This document shows, in pieces, positions 29,812 through 39,191 of a stretch of 64,000 nt of DNA (its first letter is position 1; each line of letters begins with the position of its first letter). A model generated the notes under the pieces. It was not told where the DNA came from. It searched no databases and saw nothing but the letters and a program-made list of their open reading frames with translations. Source of the stretch: Candidatus Moraniibacteriota bacterium (GTDB taxonomy: Bacteria > Patescibacteriota > Minisyncoccia > Moranbacterales > GWC2-37-73); assembly GCA_035390125.1 (NCBI GenBank), contig DAOOTD010000001.1, positions 31,619-95,618 of the forward strand, in the 5' to 3' direction. A program made the position numbers and the translations under genes.

Positions 29812-30399
29812 ATGAAAACAATCGCAAAACAACCAGAAGACGTTATTCAAGACACCAAGAAATATATTGTTGACACAGCCCGCCAGTTTTTTTCCGAATA
29901 TAGTTATTTGGGTGTTTCTATGAGCGATATCGCCAAAAAACTGGATATAACCAAAGCTGCGCTTTACTATCATTTCACTGGTAAAGCCGAAATTTATGAA
30001 AAAGTACTGGATGAAGTTTTTGATGATTTGAGTTTGGCTATTACCGAAGCGATGAACGAAACCACGATTGATAAAAAATTACACAAACTGATTAAGAATT
30101 ACTTAGAGTTTGGATTTAGAGAAAAAAATCTTATCAAATCTATAGTGTTAAAATTATCGCCGGCCGATAGACAGATAACAAAACACATTACTCAATTAAG
30201 AGAACGGGTTGCTGATCTGATTCAACCAATAATTGAAGAAGCTTTCGCAAGTAAGAAACTAACCGGTAAAGTTGATAGCCAACTTCTAACTTCCATGCTT
30301 ACCGGCATGATGGACGGATTGCTTTTGGAATATTCGTTTCTTAATAAAAAAATAAATTCGGCAAAAATATCAGATCAAATTATTGCCGCTTTATTTTAA
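29812..30399 (+). CDS. TetR/AcrR family transcriptional regulator
   Basis: N-terminal HTH (GVSMSDIAKKLDITKAALYYHFTGKAEIYEKV). Confidence 0.8.
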   Translation: MKTIAKQPEDVIQDTKKYIVDTARQFFSEYSYLGVSMSDIAKKLDITKAALYYHFTGKAEIYEKVLDEVFDDLSLAITEAMNETTIDKKLHKLIKNYLEFGFREKNLIKSIVLKLSPADRQITKHITQLRERVADLIQPIIEEAFASKKLTGKVDSQLLTSMLTGMMDGLLLEYSFLNKKINSAKISDQIIAALF

Positions 30400-30456
30400 A
30401 GGTCGAGGACCAGTCCGCCTCAAGGACTTAATAAATGAGTTAATAAAAATAAAAAT

Positions 30457-30600
30457 ATGCCAACAAATTTTCTAGCAAACATTGATTGGTCAAGTCCCAT
30501 GACAATTGGAATCGGAATTGGAGTCGTCGCGGTTATTGCTATTGCCGGATATCTAGTGTGGGCTTGGCAAGAAAAAAAGCCGCCATTTGATAATATGTAA
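30457..30600 (+). CDS. Small single-TM protein (47 aa); unlisted ORF, speculative
   Basis: MPTNFLANIDWSSPMTIGIGIGVVAVIAIAGYLVWAWQEKKPPFDNM. It competes with a listed antisense ORF (30420-30605). No SD. Confidence 0.2.
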   Translation: MPTNFLANIDWSSPMTIGIGIGVVAVIAIAGYLVWAWQEKKPPFDNM

Positions 30601-30685
30601 AGCATTTTGGGCGCTTCATTTTCGTAGCTATCTAAACTAATAAATGGAGCGTCTTTTAATGATTTTAATAATTTGAAAGCAATTT

Positions 30686-31789
30686 ATGTATAAAGAATAT
30701 GAACCTATAAAGTTCCCAGAAGACGAATCGGCTCATGACGCCATTGTTGAATGGTGGTATTTTAACGGCCATCTTAAAGACAAATATGGCAACGAATATT
30801 CATATATGGATTGCCTGTTCAAAGTGGATGTCAAAAAAGTAAAAATACCTTTTTTAAGTAAGATTCCGCTTAAAACATCCTACTTCTCACATTCACTCGT
30901 TTCAGACATAAATAATAAAAGTTTTCAGCATAGGATATCTCCCTTTTCTGTTGTTTCTGATGACAGTTTTTCCAAATCCCTGCTTCATATAAATTACATC
31001 AATCCGGAAATTAAGAACGGTTATACTAACTGCGCTATTGAAAAAACAGACGAATCAAAATACCGCTTAAAAAATGAAGATATGGATTTGATATTAACTT
31101 CAATTAAAAAGCCCTTGCTGGAAGGCGGGAAGGGTTTTCTTGATCTTCATTCTAAAGCAACCTATTATTATTCCTTAACCAACCTGAAAACAGAAGGCAG
31201 AATAAAAATTAAAGATAAATGGGTGAATATTACCGGCAAGTCATGGGTGGATCATCAGTGGGCGGATGCCAGTTATTCCAAAGACAGGTGGGATTGGTTC
31301 TCGGTGCAATTGGACAATAATACGGAAATGGTTTGCTTTATGTATGATGACGGCCAGAAAAAAACTTATTTGGCCAGTATCTCTTATCCGGATAATACGC
31401 AAGAGCATTATGACAATATTAAAATTATTCCCCTGAAAGGACATTGGACAAGCCCTAAAAGCAAGGCTATTTATCCGATGTTATGGGAAATCAAAATACC
31501 GGCAAAAAATATACATCTGCTTCTGTCGGCAAAAATTGAAAATCAGGAAATGCTGTTCGGTTCAATCAATTATTGGGAGGGACCGCTTACGGTCAGCGGA
31601 TTATTCGAAGATAAAAAAGTAAACGGTGTTGGTTTTATGGAACTAGTCGGTTATCCATCGCAATATAACAATGCAAAATATATCAGAGATGAAATAGGAA
31701 AAACAGCGAGCCGGGTTATTTCGTCTATGAAGAATAAGGCTTCGGCTTTGGTAGGCAACGTAAAAAATAATCCCGCAGAATCAGATTAA
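30686..31789 (+). CDS. AttH/CrtC-like lipocalin-fold protein (predicted hydrolase/hydratase family)
   Basis: N-terminal FPEDESAHDAIVEWWYFNGHL matches the AttH/CrtC signature (FP.DH.AH...EWWY). Confidence 0.7.
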   Translation: MYKEYEPIKFPEDESAHDAIVEWWYFNGHLKDKYGNEYSYMDCLFKVDVKKVKIPFLSKIPLKTSYFSHSLVSDINNKSFQHRISPFSVVSDDSFSKSLLHINYINPEIKNGYTNCAIEKTDESKYRLKNEDMDLILTSIKKPLLEGGKGFLDLHSKATYYYSLTNLKTEGRIKIKDKWVNITGKSWVDHQWADASYSKDRWDWFSVQLDNNTEMVCFMYDDGQKKTYLASISYPDNTQEHYDNIKIIPLKGHWTSPKSKAIYPMLWEIKIPAKNIHLLLSAKIENQEMLFGSINYWEGPLTVSGLFEDKKVNGVGFMELVGYPSQYNNAKYIRDEIGKTASRVISSMKNKASALVGNVKNNPAESD

Positions 31790-31793
31790 AATT

Positions 31794-32639
31794 ATGGCAA
31801 AACTAAAACGACCTAAAATCGGTTTGGCGTTGGGAAGCGGCGGTCCCAGGGGGCTGGCGCATATCGGCGTAATCAAAGTTCTGAAAGAAAATAATATTCC
31901 GATCGATTTTATCGCCGGTTCAAGTATCGGCGCTATGGTCGGCGGATTTTATGCCGCTACCAAAGATATAGGACAAGTGGAAAAGATAGCGTTGGGAACT
32001 AACTGGAAAATGATTTTAGCATTGATAGATCCTTCTTTTCGCCAGGGATTGCTGGGAGGTAAAAAGGTAAACAATTTTATCGAAGATCATATCGACAAAA
32101 TGGATTTTAAGGATTTAAAAGTTCCCCTTTCGGTAGTAGCGACAAATTTTAAGAACGGCGACGCGGTTGTTATAAACAAAGGCGACGTTGCCTCGGCAAT
32201 CAGAGCCAGTATTTCTTTGCCATTGGTTTTTAGGCCCGTGGAAAGGGAAGGAAAATTATTGGTCGACGGAGGATTATCTTTGCCCGTTCCAGTCGAAGTG
32301 GTGAGAAAAATGGGAGCGGATTTGGTAATAGCGGTTAATTTGGATGCCGATTACTTTGCCGACAACAACAGCGAAAACAATAAATTCGGTTTTTATAAAA
32401 TGGCTGAAAATTCAATCAATCTCCTGCGGCATCACCTGGCCTATCGAAATGTCGAAAATGCCGACATTGTTATCAGTCCGCAGGTTGGAAATGCGCATTG
32501 GGGAAAATTTCTGGACGGAAAAGATATAATTTCAGCTGGAGAAAAAGCGACAAAAATAAAATTATCACAATTGAAAGAATCGATACATCGGGAAAACAAG
32601 GACGTTCTGAGTAAGTTTTTAGATTTTCTTAAATTATAA
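31794..32639 (+). CDS. Patatin-like phospholipase (RssA-like)
   Basis: Oxyanion-hole GSGGPRG. Nucleophile elbow GSSIG. DGG motif (VDGGLS). Confidence 0.85.
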   Translation: MAKLKRPKIGLALGSGGPRGLAHIGVIKVLKENNIPIDFIAGSSIGAMVGGFYAATKDIGQVEKIALGTNWKMILALIDPSFRQGLLGGKKVNNFIEDHIDKMDFKDLKVPLSVVATNFKNGDAVVINKGDVASAIRASISLPLVFRPVEREGKLLVDGGLSLPVPVEVVRKMGADLVIAVNLDADYFADNNSENNKFGFYKMAENSINLLRHHLAYRNVENADIVISPQVGNAHWGKFLDGKDIISAGEKATKIKLSQLKESIHRENKDVLSKFLDFLKL

Positions 32640-32644
32640 TCAAA

Positions 32645-33877
32645 ATGCTTAGAAATTTTTTCATCGCCTGCTGGTTCAGCTTTAAACAGCTAACACGCAG
32701 CAACAAGAAAAGTGTCGTGATGACCATAGTGGTGGTAAGTTTACTTTTCATCAATATTCTTTTTATCGCGTCCATGATGTCCGGACTTATAAAAACTATA
32801 AACAATCAGGTTATAGATTATCAATACGGAAACATTGTAATCGAACCGACCAAGGAAAGTGAAAGTGACAACTATATTAAACAAGCGAATCAAACATTAA
32901 ATGACATCAGAAGCATACCAGGTGTTATTGGGGCGGTAGAGCACTATAAAGAAGGCGTCAAAATCACATATGATCAGAAGAAAGAAGGAACTAACGTTAA
33001 AGACTTCAGCGGATACTTATATTCCGTAATCCCTTCAGAGGAATCAAATGTTCTTAAAATAAATTCAAAAATTGTTTCCGGAAGATATCTGGAAGATGGA
33101 GATCGAGGCAAGATACTTCTCGGACGGGAAATCAGCGGAGGCTTCGAAGCTACTCTTGAAAGAGCATCTTTGGGAGGGGTCCGAGTTGGAGATGAAGTTT
33201 ATGTTTATTATCCCAATGGAATAAGCCGAAAATATACGGTAGCTGGAATTTTTGCTACCAAGAGTTTCCTGGCTGATGCGCAGGCTTATGTAACAAAAGA
33301 TGAAATGGAAGATGTTTTGGGACAGCATGACCTGGCCGACGAGATAATTGTAAAAACTGCAACTATGGGAGATGAGAATAAGTATATTTCAAAAATAGAA
33401 AATGTATTGGAGCAAAAACTGAAACTTTATATCTGGAGCGATTTTTTGGGCGCCCTGTCAACCGTTACAAACAGCTTTGATTTTGTAAAATTAATTTTTT
33501 ACGCTATCGGACTGGCTGTTTCCGGCGCCAGCATTTTCATAATCATCTATATCGACTTGCTTAATCAGAAAAAACAAATCGGAATCTTGAAAGCGATCGG
33601 AATGGAAAGCAAAACTATTGTTATTTCCTATGTATTGCAAGCATTTTTTTATGGACTTATGGGGGTGATTTTGGGAAGATTCCTGCTTGAATACGCAATC
33701 TCTCCATATTTTCTCAAGCACCCGCTGGAGCTTCCTATCGGATATATCAGCCTTAATATTGAAAGCCTTGATCTTATGCGCACGGAAATAAGCATGGTAG
33801 TCGTATCGCTTATTGCCGGATTCATCCCATCCGTTCAAATTGCCAGAAAAAATATTTTAGATTCAATATTCAAATAA
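32645..33877 (+). CDS. ABC transporter permease, FtsX/MacB-like
   Basis: N-terminal TM. Large periplasmic domain. C-terminal 3-TM FtsX-like region (GILKAIGMESKTIV). Confidence 0.75.
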   Translation: MLRNFFIACWFSFKQLTRSNKKSVVMTIVVVSLLFINILFIASMMSGLIKTINNQVIDYQYGNIVIEPTKESESDNYIKQANQTLNDIRSIPGVIGAVEHYKEGVKITYDQKKEGTNVKDFSGYLYSVIPSEESNVLKINSKIVSGRYLEDGDRGKILLGREISGGFEATLERASLGGVRVGDEVYVYYPNGISRKYTVAGIFATKSFLADAQAYVTKDEMEDVLGQHDLADEIIVKTATMGDENKYISKIENVLEQKLKLYIWSDFLGALSTVTNSFDFVKLIFYAIGLAVSGASIFIIIYIDLLNQKKQIGILKAIGMESKTIVISYVLQAFFYGLMGVILGRFLLEYAISPYFLKHPLELPIGYISLNIESLDLMRTEISMVVVSLIAGFIPSVQIARKNILDSIFK

Positions 33878-33881
33878 AACA

Positions 33882-34553
33882 ATGGAGAAAGATATTATAA
33901 CCGTAAAAAATTTGCACAAAACTTATTCAGGGGAAGTTCCGCTGCATGTTCTTAAGGGCGTGAGTTTTTCTGTAAAGGAAGGGGAATTTGTGGCGATTAT
34001 GGGCAGAAGCGGCAGTGGAAAATCCACCTTGCTTCATCAACTTAGCCTTTTGGATAACGCGGACGAAGGAGAAATAATTGTTGAAGGGCAAGAACTGACT
34101 GCCCTTTCAGACAGCGAAAAAACAAAATTTCGTCTTCAACACTTCGGTTATGTTTTTCAGGAATACGCTCTCCTGTCGGGATTCAGTGCCGAAGAAGCCG
34201 TCAGTTTGCCCCTTATTTTGCAAGGTTGCTCCATACGGGAAAGCAAAAAACGTGCCAGAGAAATACTTGAGATGGTTCAACTTGGTGATCGGATAAAACA
34301 TTTTCCGTCCGAAATGTCAGGAGGCGAACAACAAAGAGTGGCGGTTGCCAGGGCCTTGGTCAATAATCCGAAAATTCTTTTTGCCGACGAACCTTGTGCC
34401 AACTTGGATTCGGAAACGTCAACCGTAATATTGGAACTTTTTAGAAAACTCAACAAAGAACTTAATCAAACCGTGATTTTGGTAACTCATGAACCGGAAG
34501 ACGAGGAATATGTTGATAGGGTAATCCATATGAAAGACGGGATTTTACAATAA
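33882..34553 (+). CDS. ABC transporter ATP-binding protein (MacB/LolD-like)
   Basis: Walker A GRSGSGKST. Signature LSGGEQQRVAVARAL. Walker B ILFADEP. Confidence 0.9.
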   Translation: MEKDIITVKNLHKTYSGEVPLHVLKGVSFSVKEGEFVAIMGRSGSGKSTLLHQLSLLDNADEGEIIVEGQELTALSDSEKTKFRLQHFGYVFQEYALLSGFSAEEAVSLPLILQGCSIRESKKRAREILEMVQLGDRIKHFPSEMSGGEQQRVAVARALVNNPKILFADEPCANLDSETSTVILELFRKLNKELNQTVILVTHEPEDEEYVDRVIHMKDGILQ

Positions 34554-34582
34554 ATAATTTTTAAATTTATAAATTAAAAAAT

Positions 34583-35581
34583 ATGCCAAAAGTTAAGAAA
34601 GCAATTTATTGGATCATTGTTGTCGCTATTGTGATAACGATAGGATCCATAATTTGGGGAAATAAGAACAAGAAAGCGGATTATACACTTACTCCGGTTA
34701 GCAAGGGGACGCTAACCCGGACCATTTCAGCCAACGGAGAATATTTATCTAAAGACGAAGCTAATGTCAGTTTTCGAATATCCGGACCGCTCATCAACGT
34801 TAAAGTGGATGTTGGGGACAAAGTGAAACAGGGACAATTTTTAGCCAGTGTTGATACGGGCACTTTAACGGAAAAATTGGAACAAGCAAAAAAAGCGGTT
34901 ACGATCCAGAAAAAGACTTTGGCTTATCAAAAAGATAAGGATGATTTATATACCAAGGACCAACGCAGTGCTCAAAAGGCGGCGATCCAGCAAGCAGAGG
35001 CCGCCGTTGATGAAATTTCCAAACAATTCCAATATGCCAACATTAATGCACCGATAGGCGGAACAGTAGCTGAAAAAAATGCAAACATTGGAGAAATAGT
35101 TCAGGCCGGAAGCCCAGTGATTAAGATTGTTCGGGAAGACGAAATGAGAATTGAAGCTAGGGTTCCAGAAGTGGATATTGCCGGAGTCAGAGTCGGTCAG
35201 AAAATAAGTGTCAAATTTGATGCTTATCCGGAAAATCAAATATTTGAAGCGGAGGTAACGGAAATAGATCCAACTCCAGTTACCGTTCAGAACGTTGTTT
35301 ACTACGTGGTCAAAATGCAGGTTGAAAATCCCGATGCAGGACTGCGATATGGTATGAACTGCACAATTTATGATAAGGTAGCCCAAAAAGATAATGTACT
35401 TATGATTCCCAAAGGAGTAATAGAAAAAGAAGGAGATAAAAAATTCGTTACCGTTCTGACTGATATCAAGAAACAAACAGTTGAAAAAAGAGAAATACAA
35501 ACCGGACTGGAAGGAGATAATGGAATAGTGGAGATTGTTTCCGGTCTGAAAGAAGGCGAGCAGATAGCGACGGAGAAATAA
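34583..35581 (+). CDS. HlyD/MacA-family periplasmic adaptor subunit
   Basis: N-terminal TM. Coiled-coil/lipoyl-like organisation, following the ABC pair. Confidence 0.7.
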   Translation: MPKVKKAIYWIIVVAIVITIGSIIWGNKNKKADYTLTPVSKGTLTRTISANGEYLSKDEANVSFRISGPLINVKVDVGDKVKQGQFLASVDTGTLTEKLEQAKKAVTIQKKTLAYQKDKDDLYTKDQRSAQKAAIQQAEAAVDEISKQFQYANINAPIGGTVAEKNANIGEIVQAGSPVIKIVREDEMRIEARVPEVDIAGVRVGQKISVKFDAYPENQIFEAEVTEIDPTPVTVQNVVYYVVKMQVENPDAGLRYGMNCTIYDKVAQKDNVLMIPKGVIEKEGDKKFVTVLTDIKKQTVEKREIQTGLEGDNGIVEIVSGLKEGEQIATEK

Positions 35582-35665
35582 TAAAAAATTATCGCAGCTA
35601 AAATAGTTTCTTAAGCGTATTAAAAGCATGACTCAAAAAGTATTTTCTGTGATTAAATTTACTTT

Positions 35666-36916
35666 ATGCGTATTCTTCTAATCTCAGATCACGCCGATCC
35701 ATTGGCGGAAATCGGGTCCAAAGAAGCCGGAGGGCAAAATATCTATGTTTTCTACCTAGCAAAATTTTTGTGCCGACTTGGAATTTTAGTTGATGTGTAT
35801 ACTCGTTGGGACAGAAAAAACAAAAAAGAAATTGTTAAATTCAACAATCATTTAAGGGTTATAAGGGTTAAAGCGGGTCCGAAAAGGTATATACCTAGAG
35901 ATAATTTTTTAGGTGTTGTGGATGAATTTACGGAAAATATATTGAAAAGAGTAAAAAAGGAAAAAATAAATTATGATATAATTCATACAAACTACTGGTT
36001 TTCGGGGCTTATTGGTTTAAAAGTTGCTAAAAAAATCAAGAAACCGCTTGTTCATATTTATCATTCTATCGGTCAAGTGAGATTTGAGAGTTTGAAAAAA
36101 TACAAATTTCAGGAAACCAACAATGCTTTTTTTGAACAAAGAACGATTTTTGAAAAAGAAATAGCCCAAAAAGCGGACAAGATAATTACGACCAGTCCGG
36201 TGGAAAAAGAAATTATCAAAAATCTTTTTAGAATCAGCGGTGAAAAAATACAAACCATAACTATCGGGGTGGATACGAAAATATTTAGGCCGATAAAAAC
36301 CGAAAGAGCCAGAAAACTGGCAAAAGTCGAAACTAACGGAAAAATCATTCTTTATGTCGGCAGAATCGAATGGAGAAAAGGAATCGGAACACTGCTTTAC
36401 GCCTTCAAAGAAGTTATTAAAAAATATCCCAATGCAAGATTATTTGTTATCGGCGGGGGCAAAAGCAAATCGGCAAGAAAGCTGGAAGAGGCTGAATGTG
36501 AGCGACTAAAAAAAATCTCTCAAGAATTAGGAATAGAAAAGAGAGTAAAATTCCTTGGTCCAAAAAAGCAAAAAGAACTATATAAATATTATTCAGCTGC
36601 CGATGTATGTGTTGTTTCCTCATATTATGAACCGTTTGGAATAGTTCCTCTGGAATCAATGGCTTGCGGAACCCCTGTAATCGCTTCGCGCACTGGAGGG
36701 TTGCGATATACCGTAAAAGACAAAATAACAGGATGCCTGTTTGAACCCAAAAATTATTCTGATTTAGCCGAAAAAATAAACATCGTTTTGAAAAACGGAA
36801 AAGATTTTTATACGGGAAACTGTTTAAAAAGAATCAACGATGATTTTCAATGGGAAGAAATAGCTGATCAATATGACAATTTTTTTAATCAATTAATAAA
36901 CAAAACAAAAAAATGA
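35666..36916 (+). CDS. Glycosyltransferase family 4
   Basis: N-terminal MRILLISDHADPLAEIGSKEAGGQN. C-terminal EPFGIVPLESMACGTPVIASRTGG. Confidence 0.8.
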   Translation: MRILLISDHADPLAEIGSKEAGGQNIYVFYLAKFLCRLGILVDVYTRWDRKNKKEIVKFNNHLRVIRVKAGPKRYIPRDNFLGVVDEFTENILKRVKKEKINYDIIHTNYWFSGLIGLKVAKKIKKPLVHIYHSIGQVRFESLKKYKFQETNNAFFEQRTIFEKEIAQKADKIITTSPVEKEIIKNLFRISGEKIQTITIGVDTKIFRPIKTERARKLAKVETNGKIILYVGRIEWRKGIGTLLYAFKEVIKKYPNARLFVIGGGKSKSARKLEEAECERLKKISQELGIEKRVKFLGPKKQKELYKYYSAADVCVVSSYYEPFGIVPLESMACGTPVIASRTGGLRYTVKDKITGCLFEPKNYSDLAEKINIVLKNGKDFYTGNCLKRINDDFQWEEIADQYDNFFNQLINKTKK

Positions 36917-37953
36917 AAATTGCAATAGTAGCTCCATTTGAGGAAAAAGTTCCCCCACATAAATATGGCGGAACGGAACTTGTTGTTTATAACTTGACTC
37001 AGCAGTTAGTAAAGATGGGTCATGATGTTACGCTCATAGCAACTGGAGATTCCCAAACAAGCGCCAAGCTGGAAGTCATTTTCAAAAGATCGCTCAGAAG
37101 TATTCCTGATCTTACGGACATGAAGTTACGGGAAGCTTATAAATTTATTGGGATAGGAAAAGTGGTAACATATTTAAATGAAAATGATTTTAATGTTGTT
37201 CATAATCATATTGGCTGGAGATTGCTTCCTTTTGAAAAAATTATCGCTTGTCCGGTAGTCACAACTCTTCACGGACCTCTCGATGTTCCTTATCAGCAGA
37301 GAGTTTATGGCGAGTTTAGCGAGTCAAATTACATAAGCATCAGCATGAATCAACGAAAACCGATGCCAGAACTTAATTTTGTGGCAAACGCTTATAATGG
37401 TCTGGATATGGAAAAATTTAGACAAAATTACCAGCCAAAAGATTATTTCGCATTTCTTGGCAGAATGTCTCCGGAGAAGGGACCGGTTCAAGCCATAGCG
37501 GTGGCAAAAAAAGCGGGGGTGAAATTGATTATGGCAGCCAAAGTTGATCTGGTTGATGAGGAATATTTCAAGAAAGAAGTAGAACCATTAATTGATGACG
37601 ATCAGATTAAATTTATCGGAGAAGTTGATCATGAAGAAAAAGTGGAGCTTCTTGGAAATGCTAAGGCTTTAATCGCTCCGATTCAGTGGGAAGAACCTTT
37701 TGGTTTGTTTTTTACCGAAGCAATGGCTTGTGGGGCGCCTGTGTTTGCAATGAGACGCGGATCCGTTCCGGAAATCGTAATAGATAAAAAAACAGGATTT
37801 ATCTGTGACAGTGTGGATGAGATGGCGGAGAAAATAAAAAGAGTTGATGAAATTGACAGAAAGGATTGCTTCGAACATGTTAAGAAAAATTTTTCTTCGG
37901 AAAAAATGACGAAAGATTACATTAAGGCTTACGAAAAGGTAATGAAAAAATAA
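36913..37953 (+). CDS. Glycosyltransferase family 4
   Basis: EPFGLFFTEAMACGAPVFAMRRGSVPEIV (GT-B, GT4 E-x7-E region). Confidence 0.8.
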   Translation: MKIAIVAPFEEKVPPHKYGGTELVVYNLTQQLVKMGHDVTLIATGDSQTSAKLEVIFKRSLRSIPDLTDMKLREAYKFIGIGKVVTYLNENDFNVVHNHIGWRLLPFEKIIACPVVTTLHGPLDVPYQQRVYGEFSESNYISISMNQRKPMPELNFVANAYNGLDMEKFRQNYQPKDYFAFLGRMSPEKGPVQAIAVAKKAGVKLIMAAKVDLVDEEYFKKEVEPLIDDDQIKFIGEVDHEEKVELLGNAKALIAPIQWEEPFGLFFTEAMACGAPVFAMRRGSVPEIVIDKKTGFICDSVDEMAEKIKRVDEIDRKDCFEHVKKNFSSEKMTKDYIKAYEKVMKK

Positions 37954-37974
37954 CGCCTATAAGCAAGCTACTTT

Positions 37975-39168
37975 ATGTTTAACTTCAAAAAAAGATATTC
38001 AGGCATAAGCCGAAATGTGGTTATTCTTGGAGTTGTCAGTTTGCTGACGGATCTTTCTGGGCAGATGGTTTTTCCATTGCTCCCTCTTTATATTACCTCA
38101 GTTTTGGGTGGCGGAGCGGTAGCTGTTGGCCTGGTTGAAGGAGCGGCCGAAGCGGCCGCCTCGCTTTTAAAAGTCGTTTCCGGCTATTGGTCGGATAAAA
38201 TAAAAAGCAGGAAACCGTTTGTTTTTTTTGGCTATACCCTTTCGGCTATAATGAAGCCGGTCCTGGCTTTTTCCGGCAGTTGGTTTTCCGTGCTACTCAT
38301 CCGAATATTAGACCGAGTAGGAAAAGGTTTGCGTGACGCGCCACGCGACGCTATTATTGCCGAATCTAATAATCAGGCAACATTAGGCAAGGCTTACGGA
38401 TTCAACCGGGCGTTGGATGGGCTGGGTTCAGTTGGCGGATCAGTATTGGCATTTTTGCTGCTTCCGGTTTTTGGTTTTGTAAACTTATTTAAGCTAGCCA
38501 TTATTCCCGGTTTAGTTTCGGTGGGGGTGATTTCTTTGGTAAAAGAACCGGAAAGAATTAAAAAAGTTGAGAAAAAAATTTCCTTGAAAGTAGGATTTGG
38601 CGAATTGACGCGCGAGTTAAAAATATTTATTCTGGTTGCGACAATTTTTACACTGGGAAATTACAGCTATGCTTTTTTGATGCTTCGGGCGAAGGCGGAC
38701 GGACTGGGAGATGAAAAAACTATCATGCTTTACGCTCTTTTTTATTTAGTCTACACCCTTTTGTCTATGAAAGCCGGATCATTGTCCGACAAATTTGGCA
38801 GAAAACCGATAATTTTGGCCGGATACGGAATGTTTACTCTCTTATCTATCGGGCTTTATTTATTTGGCGGTGTTACATTTACAATAATTTCGTTCATACT
38901 TTTCGGAATATTTTTTTCCTTGATTGATGGCACTCAGCGGGCATTCGTTTCTGATTTGTCACCGGCTCGTCTCAAGGGAACGGCTCTGGGAACTTTCCAT
39001 ACGTTTACCGGTTTAGCGGCTCTCCCTGCCGGATATATTGCCGGAGAACTTTGGACAAAAATAAGTCCGGAAGCGACGTTTTTGTTTGGAGCTATAATCG
39101 GGAGTGTTTCCATTTTGATTTTTTACTGTTCACTGAGCAATTGTAAAATTAATTATAATAAAGCATAA
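37975..39168 (+). CDS. MFS transporter
   Basis: 12-TM-like hydropathy. MFS motif-A-like region (GYWSDKIKSRKP). Confidence 0.75.
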   Translation: MFNFKKRYSGISRNVVILGVVSLLTDLSGQMVFPLLPLYITSVLGGGAVAVGLVEGAAEAAASLLKVVSGYWSDKIKSRKPFVFFGYTLSAIMKPVLAFSGSWFSVLLIRILDRVGKGLRDAPRDAIIAESNNQATLGKAYGFNRALDGLGSVGGSVLAFLLLPVFGFVNLFKLAIIPGLVSVGVISLVKEPERIKKVEKKISLKVGFGELTRELKIFILVATIFTLGNYSYAFLMLRAKADGLGDEKTIMLYALFYLVYTLLSMKAGSLSDKFGRKPIILAGYGMFTLLSIGLYLFGGVTFTIISFILFGIFFSLIDGTQRAFVSDLSPARLKGTALGTFHTFTGLAALPAGYIAGELWTKISPEATFLFGAIIGSVSILIFYCSLSNCKINYNKA

Positions 39169-39191
39169 AACTAATTTTCTATTAAACAAAA

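Noticed and set aside
34946-35629. 227-aa minus-strand ORF antisense to the HlyD-family adaptor gene
   Set aside because: Low-complexity F/L/N-rich shadow ORF of a clearly coding sense gene.
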